This document shows, piece after piece, positions 1 through 12,845 of a stretch of 64,000 nucleotides of DNA. The stretch spans positions 117,554,001 through 117,618,000 of the forward strand of contig NW_024704742.1 in the NCBI RefSeq assembly GCF_018977255.1. The letters are read 5' to 3'. Source of the stretch: Callorhinchus milii (Eukaryota). The notes beneath the pieces are model-generated. The model was not told the DNA's origin and did not search any database. It saw nothing but the letters and a program-made list of their open reading frames with translations. How positions within the stretch are numbered: the first letter of the stretch is position 1; the number at the start of each line of letters is the position of its first letter. A program made the position numbers and the translations under genes.

Positions 1-45
1 TGTCACCTATGGGACGGTAGGAAAGTCTGATATGCATAATGATGA

Positions 46-366
46 TAATAATAATAATACTAATAATCCTTGCATTTGATATAACGCTTTTCACGTCTTC
101 TAGATGTCCCAAAGAGCTTCACAGAATATACTGTAAAATTAATTGACTGTATATTTGTGGGTGAACGCGGCAGACAATTGCGCACAGCAGTGTCCCACAA
201 ACAATCATGGATTGAAAATGACCAATTTATTATTATTTTTGGTTTTGGAGGGATTATTATTAGGCTCTGTGTGGAGTAAGGAAACTTGCCCAAGGTTTCG
301 CCCTGCCTGGAATTGAACCCAGGTCTCTCGCTTGCAAAGCGAGTGCTCTAACCACTGAGCAACAGG
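46..366 (-). mobile_element. tRNA-derived Deu-type SINE, short subfamily
   Basis: Reverse complement of the head (A box/B box), the Deu-like body TGTTTGTGGGACACTGCTGTGCGCAATTG and the (ATT)n tail. Confidence 0.85.
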
Positions 367-675
367 TGTACAGTAAAACCTGTAGAAGTCTGATCTGTAT
401 AAATCGTATAATTGCTTAAATCCTGCCAAGTCCTGTTCACTTTCCTATTGAACCCACTAGATATATATATGTCTATACAGAGCAAGACCCTCCTCTTCGA
501 CAGTGTCTTTGGTCACCCTCCTACCCCCTAACCTCCACTTACTCCACCCCTGACTGTGTGTTTGTTGTTGTTGAGATTATAGATGGGAGAATGTGTGAGA
601 GAGGGGGAAAAAGTGTGTATGGAGGGAGTGTGAGAGAGGGGGGGAGAGAGAGTAATTGAGAGAGAGAAAGTGATT

Positions 676-956
676 GATATATGGACTGGGGGAGTTTGGA
701 TGAAAAGGGAGCCCAATATCACTATGATAGAGATTACGGACTCCTGAGTGGTGCAAAGGGACTGGTAGAGGTTTATCAAACTACTCATACTAACCCTCGG
801 ATGGGGGGACGGGTGTAACTGCTAATTATGAGGAGAATTGCCCGCTTACTCACTCTGAGTGTGAGACTCTAGCCCAGGAACTGGGAATCATTGAGGAAGG
901 GAGGTGTCCCCTCGAGCTCAGTACGACTTGGAACATTTTTGTACAAAGCCATCCTG
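676..956 (+). repeat. Second gag fragment, inverted relative to 1592-1853
   Basis: Aligns to the reverse complement of 1592-1853 (ATATGGACTGGGGG...GTACAAAGCCATCCTG) with scattered substitutions and four indels. Confidence 0.92.
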
Positions 957-957
957 G

Positions 958-2345
958 TTAGACCCCGGCTGTAGCTCCCTCAGACAATCACAAGCAAAGT
1001 GCCCTCTACCCCCACATTTATAGCATTCGCTAGAGGCATTACTCCAATTACTACCCCTTCCTCCTCATCCTCTGTAATGTCGGCCTCTTCCCCTAATATT
1101 CCACTGATTTGGGAAGGGTCCCTCGACCTCACAGACTTCTTTCTTTACCTTGTTCAGTACGGGATCAGCCTGCGCGAGCTGAGACTGTCTCCATGTCCGC
1201 ATGAATTTATCCATTATTTCCCCCCATGGAGTGTCTCCATTCACCGCTACTGCTAAAGCTGTCTTAACTCGGGGTTGTAATTTCCTTAGAAAAAGGTTTT
1301 TGTAATTGGCAATGTTCCGGAATACGGTCGTGACAGGAGCAATGGCCTGAGAAAGCTCAGATAAACTATGTAACTTCTGTTCGAAAATCTCTGGATTTTC
1401 TGTCTTCCCCTGCTCACACTTCCCAATTTGAGCATGTACATCAATACTTACTACCCCGAGTATCGCTTTAATGGCATCAACCGTTCCCTGTGCTATCGTA
1501 GTTGCACCAAATATCGACGCTCCCAATTGTCCCTTAACGTTTAATACTGTTGCCATCAAAACCACTCTTTCTGTATCCTGATCACTCAACTCAGGATGGC
1601 TTTGTACAAAAATGTTCCAAGTCATACTGAGCTCGAGGGGACACCTCCCTTCAATGATTCCCAGCTCCTGGGCTAGAGCCTCACACTCAGGGTGAGTAAG
1701 CGGGCGATTTGCCTCATAACTAGCAGTTACCCCTTCCTGAGGATTAGTACGTATAGTTTGATAAACCACCTCTACCAATCCCTTTGCACCGCTCAGGAAT
1801 CTATCATAGTGATATTGGGCTCCCTTTTCATCCAAACACCCCCAGTCCATATCATCATCTTTATGCATATTGGACTTTCCTACTGTCCGATAGGTGACAG
1901 CTTCTGCTATTGCTTTACTCCTTCCTAACTGTTGCTTCAGTAGACTGATTTGCCACTGACACAGCTCATGGTTTATTCCATCATGTTCCTGACTCCTTCT
2001 TACAGCCTCACGCAATGCTCTCCTCGCGTCCTCCAGCTGCCTCCTCAGTTGGACGTTTTCCTCTGTCAGCTTTTCCACCAACTGTTTCTGTTTTACATTG
2101 CTTACCCTATCCGCAGCTACTAAGTTAACCATACCTTGTTGGTTGTCTGCCATAATTCCCAACTCTCTTATTTACTGATTATTATCCTTTCTGCTTCTCT
2201 TAAATGAGCTTTCTCTGCTTCATGTTTCTCTCTCTTGGCATAAAGCTCCATTTTCCGATCAGTTGATTCACTTTCTTTTTCTTCTGCCTGTTTTAACTCT
2301 TTGACGTGTTTTTGGACTTCACTCTCCTTTTCTTGTTTGACCTTG
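958..2345 (-). pseudogene. Gag relic of an LTR retroelement/endogenous retrovirus (coiled coil, capsid, CCHC nucleocapsid)
   Basis: 365-codon ORF 2162-1065 with a heptad-rich N-terminus and an MHR-like motif (CEQGKTENPEIFEQKL). Reading through the TGA at 1067-1065 gives GGRGSNWSNASSE-CYKCGGRGHFACDC (CX2CX4HX4C, 1025-984). An upstream coiled-coil segment (2345-2168) is frameshifted. No pol or LTR seen. Confidence 0.8.
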
Positions 2346-2346
2346 A

Positions 2347-2645
2347 ACTGTCCTTTCTCCCCCACATCCACATCATGACCGGCACTGCCTACCACCACCT
2401 CCACAACATTGCCAGATTACGCCACTGCCGCACCCCTCAGGCTGCCGAAACCGCATTCGTCACATCAAGGGTCGATTACGGAAACTCCCTCCTCATCGGA
2501 CTTCCCAACTCCTCCCTTCACAAGCTGCAGATCATCCAAACTTCTGCAGCTCGTGTACTCTCGCGCACCAACCTCCGTGACCCCATCACTCCCCACCCTT
2601 GCCCGACTCCACTGACTCCCCATCCCCCAGAGGATTGAGTTCAAT
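2347..2645 (+). mobile_element. L2 LINE fragment
   Basis: LHNIARLR...AFVTSRVDYGNSLL...SAARVL. Confidence 0.85.
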
Positions 2646-2654
2646 GGAGAGTTC

Positions 2655-2992
2655 GTGGAGTCCTGTAGCTCAGTGGTTAGAGCACTCGCTTTGCAGGTGA
2701 GAGACCTGAGTTGAATTCCAGGCAGGTCAGGGCGAAACCTTGGGCAAGTTTCCTTACTCCACATGCCTAATAATAATCCCTCCAAAAAAAACAATAATAA
2801 ATTGGTCATTTTCAATCTACAACTGTTTGTGGGACATTGCTGTGCGCAATTGGCTGCTACGTTCGCCCACAAATATACAGTCAATTCACTTTACAGTGTG
2901 TTCTGTGAAGCGCTTTGGGACGTCCTCCCGACGTGAAAAGCACTATATCAAATGCAAGGATTATTATTATTATTTTTATTATTATTATTATT
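2655..2992 (+). mobile_element. tRNA-derived Deu-type SINE, short subfamily, inserted in an L2 fragment
   Basis: GTGGAGTCCTGTAGCTCAGTGGTTAGAGC head through to the (ATT)n tail; L2 sequence resumes (TTCAAGATCCTCGTC) after it. Confidence 0.9.
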
Positions 2993-3794
2993 CAAGATCC
3001 TCGTCAATCCACGACTGTTTGTGGAACACTGCTGTGTGCAATTGGCTGCCTCTTTTCATCCATAAAATACACAATCAATCCACTTTATAATATGTTAACA
3101 TAACATAACATAACATGTAGGAGTAGGAGTAGGCCATTCGGCCCTTCGAGCCTGCCCCGCCATTCAATCATGGCTGTTCTTCTAATCTAACTCCAGCTAA
3201 TAACCTGCCTTATCCCCAATTTGTAGTCTTTGTGATGCCACCATGTGTAATTGTAAAACCCTATAACAGGAGATAATTCAATAGCCATGAAATAAAAGAG
3301 AATAATGGAAATCTTTCTTAGCAGGAGACTCAGTATTTGCTCACAGCAGCCAACGCAAACACAATAAGAATATTTAACACTCACCCACAGGAGCAAATTC
3401 CTTTGACTGTAGTGCTCTCTCCTTGCGTTCTAAGGTTCGCTAATTTCATGGCATCAACGTGGATTTCAGAGTGGAACAGCGATTGATAACATGGTTTCCA
3501 TTGTTTGTCATTGCTGGAAATTTCAGACCACTGGTCAGGCACCCTCTGTGCCAAGAAGGCAACACTTGAATGTCTAGGGCGGGTTGCTAATCCTGTAACA
3601 CATGGTAATTGGCAGATCATAGTAACTAGTGTGCCCAGTGCTATGACTGATCATGCTAAGGTACTCTGCCACATTAAGGATATTGTCAAGTATGAAACCT
3701 GGAACTTAAACTATACAGTGGCTAACAAAGAAAACTCAATGACTGAGGTGATGCAGCCAAGGGCTTTCTTGCTTGTGCAGTTGAGGTTGTAAAT

Positions 3795-4745
3795 AGCAAC
3801 AACAACAACTTGCATTTATATAGTGCCCTCATGCCAGGTGACTTTTCAGAGCACTTCACATTGGTGGAGCTCAAGGCCGAGCCAGGGAAGGGGAAAGGTG
3901 ACCATAGGTGCAGTTGAAGTGGAAGGTCTTCAGGTGTGACCCGAAGATGGGGAAGGAGGGGACGAGGCGAAGGGGTTAAAGGAGGGAATTCCAAAGTTTT
4001 GGGGCATAGTGGCTGAAGGCACAGCCTCTGGGGGCACACGGAGGAGGCCGGACCCAGTAGAGTGAAGGCAGCTGTGGGGAGAGAGGAAGTTAGAGAGATA
4101 CGGGGGTGCCAAGGAATGGAGGGAGTTAAACACTAGAGTGAGGATCTTGAAGTCAATCTGCTCTGTGACAGGCAGCCAGTGGAGTTTGGCAAGGACTGGG
4201 GTAATCGGGTGACAAAGTTTGGTGTGGGTGAGAATGCGGGCGGAGGAATTTTGAATGAGCTGAATTTTGTGAATAGTGGAGGAGGGGAGACTGGTGAGGA
4301 GGGGGTTAGAGTAGTCCAGCCTAGAGGTGACAAAGGCATGGACAAGGGTTTCGGCAGCTTTTGGAGTGAGGTATTGTCGGAGATGGGCAATGTAGCGGAG
4401 GTGGAAGAAAGCGGTGTTAGTCAGGAACCAGATGTGGGGGAGGAAGGATAACTGGAGATCAAACCTGATGCCTAAGTTGCGTAAGGGTTTGGAGAGTTTT
4501 AAGGACAGGTTGAGTAGGTTGAGGAGGTCAGAACTGTGGGACAGAAGACATCGGCGGGAGCCAAAGAGTATGGCTTCCGTCTTGTTGACGTTTAAGTGCA
4601 GGAAATTTGTGCTCATCCAGCTCTTGATGTCCGACAGACAAGCTGACAGGACATCAGGGGACTGGGGGTCGCAGCTGGAGGTGGAAAAGTAGAGTTGAGA
4701 GTCATCCACATACATGTGGAAGTTAACCCTGTGTCTGCGGGTGAC
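3795..4745 (-). mobile_element. L2-clade LINE 3' fragment (RT C-terminal region and tail)
   Basis: Translation FHMYVDDSQLY...WMSTNFLHLNVNKTE...LVHAFVTSRLDYSN...LHWLPV; (TTG)n tail at ~3795. Confidence 0.9.
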
Positions 4746-7090
4746 TTTATTGAGGAGAAGGGGCAAACTTTGTTTGGTGCTGTTACTTATGAGAAAACAT
4801 TGGGGGAGCTAAAACACAAGCAACAGCAAAGCCATTGCAAATCCCTTTTGTATGGAGAGAGAAAAGCCCACGTGTCATTTTTGTCACAAAGATGTTATAC
4901 TCCTAATGACACACTGATTCATTTCAGTGTGATCTACATCATTGTCATGTGTTTGTAGCTAACAAAACACAAGGCTCAATCATCATGTTTGGAAGAAACA
5001 ATTGTCCTTTTAAGACTTGAATTTATTTGAATATCTAACAAGAACAGCACTTTCCTTTATTGTACGCAATTTGTAATATTCACAACACTTGATGGAGCCA
5101 ATCACAAAGAGTTACCTATTTTGGTAGATTAGATTAAGATTAAGTCTTGAGGTGTAGTGGTTACAGCATTCGCCTTGCAAGCGAGAGGACCATGGTTCGG
5201 GTAAATTTGTTCACTGAATCTATGACGTAATTTATCGCTTACTGGGGGTAATAATCCCTTCAAAAAAAAATTTTAAATAATAATTTGGTTACTTAATCCA
5301 CCAATGTTCACTTTACCGTATATTCTGTGAAGTACTTTGAGACATCTCATCGACGTTATAAAACATTATATCAAATGCAAGGATTATTATTATATTTTTA
5401 ATATTATTAGACAAAAGCAGCAATGATCAAAGCAAATACAAGCAGTCTTCATCCCTTTATACATATTAAGATCATTTGCTGACTTAAATATATATTGTGG
5501 CCATACTTTGAATAGACATGGGAAGAGGACATGGAGGAGGATTTACCCATTGGTTCAAAATTCCTTCCCGACTCTTTTATATATTTTTTCCTGGCAACAT
5601 AAAGCCATTTTAAGTAACAAAATAAAAAGAATGACACATCCGGCTGTTAACTGTCAAGATTTTATTTGATTTATTAAACAGGCTGGCACACTGCACAAAG
5701 CATATAGATTTGATTGGATTATTAAAAAGAAAGGCTTGATTCATGAATCGTCGGAAATAAAACAATTCAGGCAGGAGGCAGCTGAACCAAATTGACCAGT
5801 TCCTGAACTTTGATCAAGTGAACAGCAGGAACTAGACAGAATCAAGAATTTTTTAAAAAAACAATTATTGGTTGTTTTTGGTCTATCCAGCAATTATCAA
5901 TCATTAGCTTTGAAGATTTCCCCCTAATTTTGAATCTTTGCACTTGCAATATGTTCAAGTGATCTTTGGTGTGATAAGGAAGTGAGGGGCACTTAATGGA
6001 ACTTGATTTCACTGAGACACATATCTATGCTTCTTATTTTCCCTTGACTACAAATACTAACTGAGGTTCTGGCCTAAGTTTCATCAATATACCATCACGT
6101 GGTCAATTGGATATTTTAACCTTACTATAACTCAAAGTGCGCTGTCTCTAACACATTTCCAGTTGAATGTTCCAAAATTATCAGGCAGATGTATAAAGAA
6201 CAGAACTATGGTTGTGTGCTATAAAATGCGTTTGCAGAAGTAAGCCATTTCCTATTTCTTATTTACCCATTAACATGCTTCCAAATATATCCGCATCTGG
6301 TGCAGTTGGCTTGTCTTAATAGAAATGAAGATTATGAAGTAGGAAGTATTCTGATTTCCAAACATGCCCTGGTTAAATTCAAAATGTCACTGGGGAATGT
6401 TGTTCCCTGCTTCCAGTCTTGGCGTTTAAATGATTCATTGCTGGGCAACCCAGCTTTTCAATTAATGTTTTGACCACAATGGGCTTTTTTATAGAAAATA
6501 GTGCATCCTCTGAAGCCTGCCCTTCCATTGCTATGGGAAACAGTTAGAGCTTATTTGAGGAGTCAGATTAGTACTATTGCTTTTTTGAGCAGAAAGACTA
6601 CTTACTTTAGCCAGGCGCAAGAAACAGAAAGCTTTGATCATGATTTTGCAAATACAGAGCAAAGATGAAGCAATGAAGCAATTTTATTAAGATCATTTAC
6701 CTTGCTGAACTAATAACACATTTGTAATTTGAGCATAGGAGTAAGATAATGGACTCTTAACTCTGTGGTTAGAGGCAATAGAATAGAGCCATCAAAGTTT
6801 GTAAGGTTAGTACTGAGAAAAACACAGGATTTGAATTTAGTGCAAGTTAATGGAAAAGGAAGTGTCTAGTTGAGTTCCAATTGCCTCAAATGGCTTCCCT
6901 ATTGCTGATTTCCGCAAAAATAAGCCTCAATTCTCTTACTCAGCAGAATCATAGAAATTACAGCAAAGAAGGAGTAACATTCAAGCATTCAGCTTATCAT
7001 CATATTAGGTGCTCCATTGGAACGATCTGCTCTAATACTGATCACCTGCTCTCCTTTTTTCTTCATATATATATCCAGAACTACAAGCAG

Positions 7091-7420
7091 TAATAATAAT
7101 AATAGTCCTTGCATTTGATATAGCGGCTTATCACACTGTTGAGATGCCTCAAAGTGCTTTACAAAATACACTGTAAAGTGAATTGACCGTTTATTTTGTG
7201 GACGAAATGGGTTAGCCAATGAACAGTCGTGGATTGAGTGACCAAATAATTATTTTTTAAATTTATTTTTCTGAAGGGATCATTTACCCCCGGAAAGTGA
7301 TCCGCCAATCGACTAACAACCGGGTTCCTACTTACTACTAGGTAATCAAAGGAATGTGGAGTAAGGAAACTTACCTAAGGTTTAGCCCTGCCCTGGAATC
7401 AAATACGGGTCCTTTCCACA
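7091..7420 (-). mobile_element. tRNA-derived Deu-type SINE, long subfamily (diverged)
   Basis: Contains the central ACCTAGTAGTAAGTAAGTAGGAACC block and a TGATAAG tail. Confidence 0.8.
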
Positions 7421-8241
7421 GTACTTCAACCATAAGATCTGATCTGAATTGATTTTAACCTTTTCCATCTGTATGCTAAAAGTTATCTATCCAACAGACT
7501 TGGACATATAGAACATGATTTAAGACACATTCAGTGATTTTCAAAGGCTTTGATATAATTTAGAAATAATAACTAATTTGGATAAAAATGGTAAATATTA
7601 ATTTATCCTTTCCAACAATAATTGTTCAGTAACTTTTGCTTCAATGTTTGCTATTAAACACCTTCAACCTTCCTTTCCTCCCCAAGGTATGGAACAAGTC
7701 TTTACTTCCCAATTTCGCTCTTTCTTCTCCTTGCACTCTTTGCAAACCCTTCCAATCCAGCTTCCCATAATGCTGACACTGTCCTGATCAAAGTCACAAA
7801 TCATAGAAAATCATAGAAAAAATCATAGAATCTTACAGCACAGAAGGAGGCCATTGGGCCCATCGTGTCTGTGCAGGCTCTTTGAAAGAGCTACTAACTA
7901 GTCCCTCTCCCCTGCTCTTAAACCATTAGAATCATAGAATCTTACAGCACAGATGGAATCTATTGGGATTACTTAAATAGTTCAACAGGGTATGAGAATC
8001 CACAGAAAAAGGTTTGATAAAAATATGCAATTCAGCAAATTGATATCATTAATGTTCAATACAGTACCTATTAGAGGTTATTGCTCAGTAGAAATAATGA
8101 ATGAACTGATTCTTCAAAATAATTAACTCCTGGTTAATGTACTTGGGCTGTTTCTACAATTCTGTTGCACAATTCAACAGCTTCTCATTTAATTCAACCA
8201 TCAGAATTCTGAGATTTTCCTAGGTTTGTGCTGTGCTTCTT

Positions 8242-9480
8242 TCATAGAATCACAGAATCGTACAGCACAAAAGAGGCCATTCGGCCCATCAAGTTTGTGC
8301 CAGCTCTTTGAATAGAGCAATTAATGTCAATCCCACTCCCCAGCCCTTTCCCCATAACCCTGCAAATCCGTCCTCCTCAAATTCCCGTGTTTTTAAAAGT
8401 AGTTATCGAATCGGCCTCGACCACCCTTTCAGGCAATGTGTTCCAGATTCGAACAACTCGCTGCGTGAAAAAAANTATTCTCACCTCCCCTCTGCTTCGT
8501 CTAGATACTATTTTGAATCTGTGACCTTGAGTCACTGACACACCCACCAGTGGAAACAGTTTTTCCCTTTCTAACCTATCAAATCCCCTCATGATTTTGA
8601 AGACCTCTATTAGGTCTCCTCTTAACCTTCTCTGCTCCAATGAGAATAATCCCAGCCTCTCTAGCCTTTCCTCAGAATCAAGGTTCCTCATTCCTGGTAC
8701 CATCCTCGTAAATCTCCTCTGCATCCTTTCCAATGTCTTAACATCCTTCGTATAGTGTGGTGCCCAGAACTGGGTGCAGTATTCTAACTGAGGCCTAACC
8801 AGTGTTTTATATAGGTTAATCATAACCTCCTGACTCTTGGACTCTATTTATAAAGCCTAGTATCCCATATGCCCTTTTCACAGCTTTTTCTACCTGTCCT
8901 GCCATCTTCAAGGATTCATTTACCTGCACCCCTAGGTCTCTCTGTTCTTTTACCCCCCTTAAGATTGTATTACCAGCCTATATTGCCTCCCCTCATTCTT
9001 TCTAACAAAATGCATTACCTCCACATTGAAACTCATCTGCCATGTGTCTGCCCATTTTACCATTCTGTCTATGTCTTCCTGCAGTTGGTTACTATCCTTC
9101 TCACTGTTTACTACCCTACCTAACATTGTGTCATCCGCAAACTTGGAAATGGTACTTGGTATACCCAAGTCCAGATCATTTATGTATATTAAGAAGAGCA
9201 GTTGTCCACTATCGATCCCTGGGGAATGCCACTGTACACTTCGCTCCAGTCAGAAAAGCAGCTGTTCACCACAACTCTCTGTTTTCTGTCTTCCAGACAG
9301 TTCTGGATCCATGCTGCCACTCTCCCTTTTATACCATGGGCTTCTATCTTTCTTACAAATCTTTCATGTGGCACTTCGTCAAATGCCTATTGAAAGTCCA
9401 AATAAACTACATCAACTGCACTACCTTTATCCACACCTCTCCGTTACCTCATCGAAAAATTCTATTAGATTTGTTAAACT
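8242..9480 (-). mobile_element. CR1-clade LINE 3' fragment
   Basis: SGIPQGS, SKFADDT, LYKTLVRPQLEYCTQFW, LFSLEQRRLRGDLIEVFKI, FFTQRVVRIWN; (CATAGAAT)-type tail. Smaller CR1 pieces at ~3097-3215, 7800-7960, 12070-12240, 27425-27830, 43000-43320 and 46765-46890. Confidence 0.9.
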
Positions 9481-9489
9481 TTTGTTATT

Positions 9490-11055
9490 TATTTGTTAAA
9501 TGACATAGTCTTCATCTGTGACCGGGTAACCTCCTCATCCTTCTTGACCTTTCTGCCACCTTCGACACTGTTGCCCATGCTATTCTTCTCCACCGTCTTT
9601 CCTCTTAGCTGTACATTCACTACCCTTTCCTTGTTTCATTCTTATCTGTCCCAATGTCTCCCAACTTCATATATGCCAACAGCATCTCCTCCCTCTTCTC
9701 CACCCCCACACTATCACGTGTGATGTTCTTCAGAGCTCTATCCTCAGACCTCTCTTTAATATCTTCAAGCTCGCTCTCAGCAATTTCATCCGCAAGTATT
9801 GGGCCAATTTCCACATGTATTCAGATAATACCCATCTCTATCACTCTGTCTCCACCCTCGATTCCAGAACCACTCCTGTCCTGATAGATTGCCTGTCGAA
9901 CATCAAGTCCTGGATGCAAGCTAACTTTCTCCATTTGAATGTCAACTAGACAGCGACTCTCCTGCTTGACTCCTGTCAATGCCTTCTTACCTCACACTCT
10001 TACATGGATACACACTCTACCTCACTGAGCCAGTGCAGAACCTCTGTGCCTTGTTCAACTCTGAACTGTCTTGTAAACTTTTAAGCCCACGCCTGTGCCC
10101 TGATCCATTCAGCTATCCCCCACCTGTTCATCATTGTCTGTCTCTGTTACTACCTCTACCGTTGGGCTGCCGAGACCCTCATCCATGCATTTATCAGCTT
10201 CAGGCTTGACTGCATTAACACTCTGCCCTCTGGAATTCCCAATTCTTCCCTCTATAAACTGCAGGGTTCTGAAGCTCTGAACTTACCATCCCCACTGATT
10301 CCCCTTCCCCCAGAGGATTGAGTTTAAGACCATCATTCTCATTTTACAATAATAATAATAATCCTTGCATTTGATATAGCGCTTTTCACGTCGGGAGGAC
10401 GTCCCAAAGCGCTTCACAGAACACACTGTAAAGTGAATTGACTGTGTATTTGTGGGCGAACGCGGCAGCCAATTGCGCACAGCAATGTCCCACAAACAGT
10501 CGTAGATTGAAAATGACCAATTTATTATTGTTTTGGTTTTTTTGGAGGGATTATTATTAGGCTCTGTGTGGAGTAAGGAAACTTGCCCAAGGTTTCGCCC
10601 TGCCTGAAATTGAACTCAGGTCTCTCGCTTGCAAAGCGAGTGCTCTAACCACTGAGCTACAGGACTCCACATTTTCAAATGTTTCCATGGAATTCCCGCA
10701 CCCTACCTCTATGAACTTCTAATATTCTACCGAGCTATCTACTTCTTCCACTTGGCAGGCATTGACCTACTTTATGTCCCATTCATGCCACCCCACCATT
10801 GGTGGTCGGGCCGTCAACCTTTCTGCTCCTACTCTCTGCAACTCTACCCAAAGCCCCTTCCTTTGCCTCCTTCAAAGTTTGTCTCAAGTCCTTCCTCATT
10901 GGCCATGGCTTCAGTCATTTTCCCCCTCCACCGTACCTCCCCACTTGGCCCTCATCCCTCTCAAATCCAAACTTCAACACAAACCATTGTCTGTCCAGCG
11001 TCATGAGATGTCCTCCTGACATGACTGCTACTATATAAATGCAATTTGTTGTAAA
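9490..11055 (+). mobile_element. Decayed L2 LINE, interrupted by a SINE at 10348-10670
   Basis: CTTGACCTTTCTGCC..TTCGACAC (LDLSA.FDT-type RT motif), later RT segments and an L2-type tail. Confidence 0.8.
10348..10670 (-). mobile_element. tRNA-derived Deu-type SINE, short subfamily, inserted in an L2 fragment
   Basis: Full-length and nearly identical to the copies at 21629 and 33749; CATTTT present on both flanks. Confidence 0.9.
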
Positions 11056-11357
11056 TAATACTTGGCATTTTCCATTCTATTTTAAATCCGCTGTATGCAG
11101 CAGGTAACAATTATTTTCTAGTTTAGTAAATGTTCACTCAATGGCTATTCATTCCACTTAAAATATGCCTACTCCTTCTACCAAACTATTAACTTTAAAC
11201 AGTATTAAGAATTTTTAATTAAATATGGGCATATTTAAATATTTTGCTTAGTCACTGCTCTTTTTTCTTCGGACTGCCACTTCTGAGTTCAAAATCTTAG
11301 TGTGTCAAATTTAAAATGAAAAGTTTTAACAAAGATTGAGAATAGAAGACATAGATT

Positions 11358-11662
11358 GTGGAGTCCTGTAGTTTTCTGGTATAGCACTTGCCTCAAAAGC
11401 GAGAGGAACGGGTTTGATTCCGGGGAGAGGTGAAACCTTAGGCAAGTTTCTTTACTCCACACCCCTCTGTTTACCTAGCAGTAAGTAGGAGCCTGGTTGT
11501 GTCAATTAATGGATCACTTTCCCGGGGGAAAAATAATATCAATTTAGTCACTTAATCCATGGCTGTTTGTGAGACACTACTGTGCGTAATTGGCTGCTGC
11601 ATTTCGCCTACAAGATATGCAGTCAATTCACTTTCCAGTATATTCTGTGAAGCATTTTGAGA
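11358..11662 (+). mobile_element. tRNA-derived Deu-type SINE, long subfamily, fused tail-to-tail with a minus-strand partial copy (11665-11805)
   Basis: GTGGAGTCCTGTAG head, central block, body truncated at GCATTTTGAGA. Confidence 0.8.
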
Positions 11663-12756
11663 TTGAAGTGGCCAATTTATTGTTTTTTTCCTGAGAGATC
11701 ATTATCAGGTGTGTGGAGTAAGGAAACTTGCCCAAGGTTTCACCCTGCCGGGAATCAAATCCAGGTCTCTTGCTTGTGAGGCAAATGCTCTAACCACTGA
11801 GCTCAGTTATTCATTACAAGTTACAGGACTTGGAAAGAATAACCTCTTCACTACAGCATTACACAACAGTCAACCGTCTTCTCACTAGGATGTGAAATGT
11901 CCATTGTTCTATTCAGAGAGACTTTGTGATGCAACATAAGCTATTTGTAATAAGCCTTATATTTGAAAAGAGATTCCAAATGAGAATGAAAAGCCTTAAA
12001 AAGTGTTTCACAAATAATTGCTGGTGGTGTTTAATATGAAAATTTTGAAGTTGCAGACTTTGCTTATACATTAGAATACATTAGAATATACAGCACAGAA
12101 ACAGGCCGTTCAGGCCAACTGGTCTATACCCACCACATGAGCCTCCTCCTGCGCTTCCTCAAGTAAGCCTTCAAGCATAACCTTCTATTCCTTTCTCCCT
12201 CATGTACCTATCTAGCTTTCCCTTAAATATATCTATGCTGTATAACAATGACAAATTGGAAAACTGAATGGAGACTAATTAGATGGAGAGGATAAGCAAA
12301 TGGATCTCAGTGTTCACAAATCACTGGAAAGTCAGTTCACAGGCATAAAAAACAGTAAAAAAAAGCTTAAGGGAATGCCTTATCATGTTGTTGAGATGTC
12401 TCAAAGCACTTCACAGAATATACAGTAAAGTGAATTGACTGTATATTTAGTGGGCGAATCGCAGCAGTCAATTGGGCACAGCAGAGTCCAACAAACAGTG
12501 GATTGAATAACCATTTGTCTTTTGTAATGCTACAGGTCAGACATGATCTAAGAAGATGGTGGGGCAGGTTTCATTGGCCAAGTGAGCTGGAGACCCTTCT
12601 TCTCATCCGAAGGTCTCTTTTAGCCTGGAGATAAATACATGCAAGGTTTAAGTTTGAATCAGGAGAGTATGTCTCATAACCAAATCGACAATTCAACCAG
12701 GCAATAGCTAGTAGGAGTCTACATCCTGGATGCAGTCTCAGTCTCACATTACTTCT

Positions 12757-12841
12757 ATTGCATTGTATTGTATTGTATTGTATTGTATTGTATTGTATTG
12801 TATTGTATTGTATTGTATTATATTATATTGTATTATATTAT
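12757..12841 (+). repeat. (ATTGT)n pentanucleotide microsatellite
   Basis: About 12 near-perfect units degenerating to ATTAT. Confidence 0.95.
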
Positions 12842-12845
12842 ATAA

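Noticed and set aside
60..293. Recurrent small ORFs 'MGKFPYST...' and 'MTVYLWAN...' that look like a gene family
   Set aside because: Translations of the same SINE in multiple copies, with non-ATG starts.
3220..3790. Possible integrase-like remnant on the minus strand
   Set aside because: Only faint motif resemblance, and on the wrong side of the nearby gag for the same element.
3930..4766. 278-aa ORF as a host gene
   Set aside because: 5'-truncated L2 ORF2 fragment.
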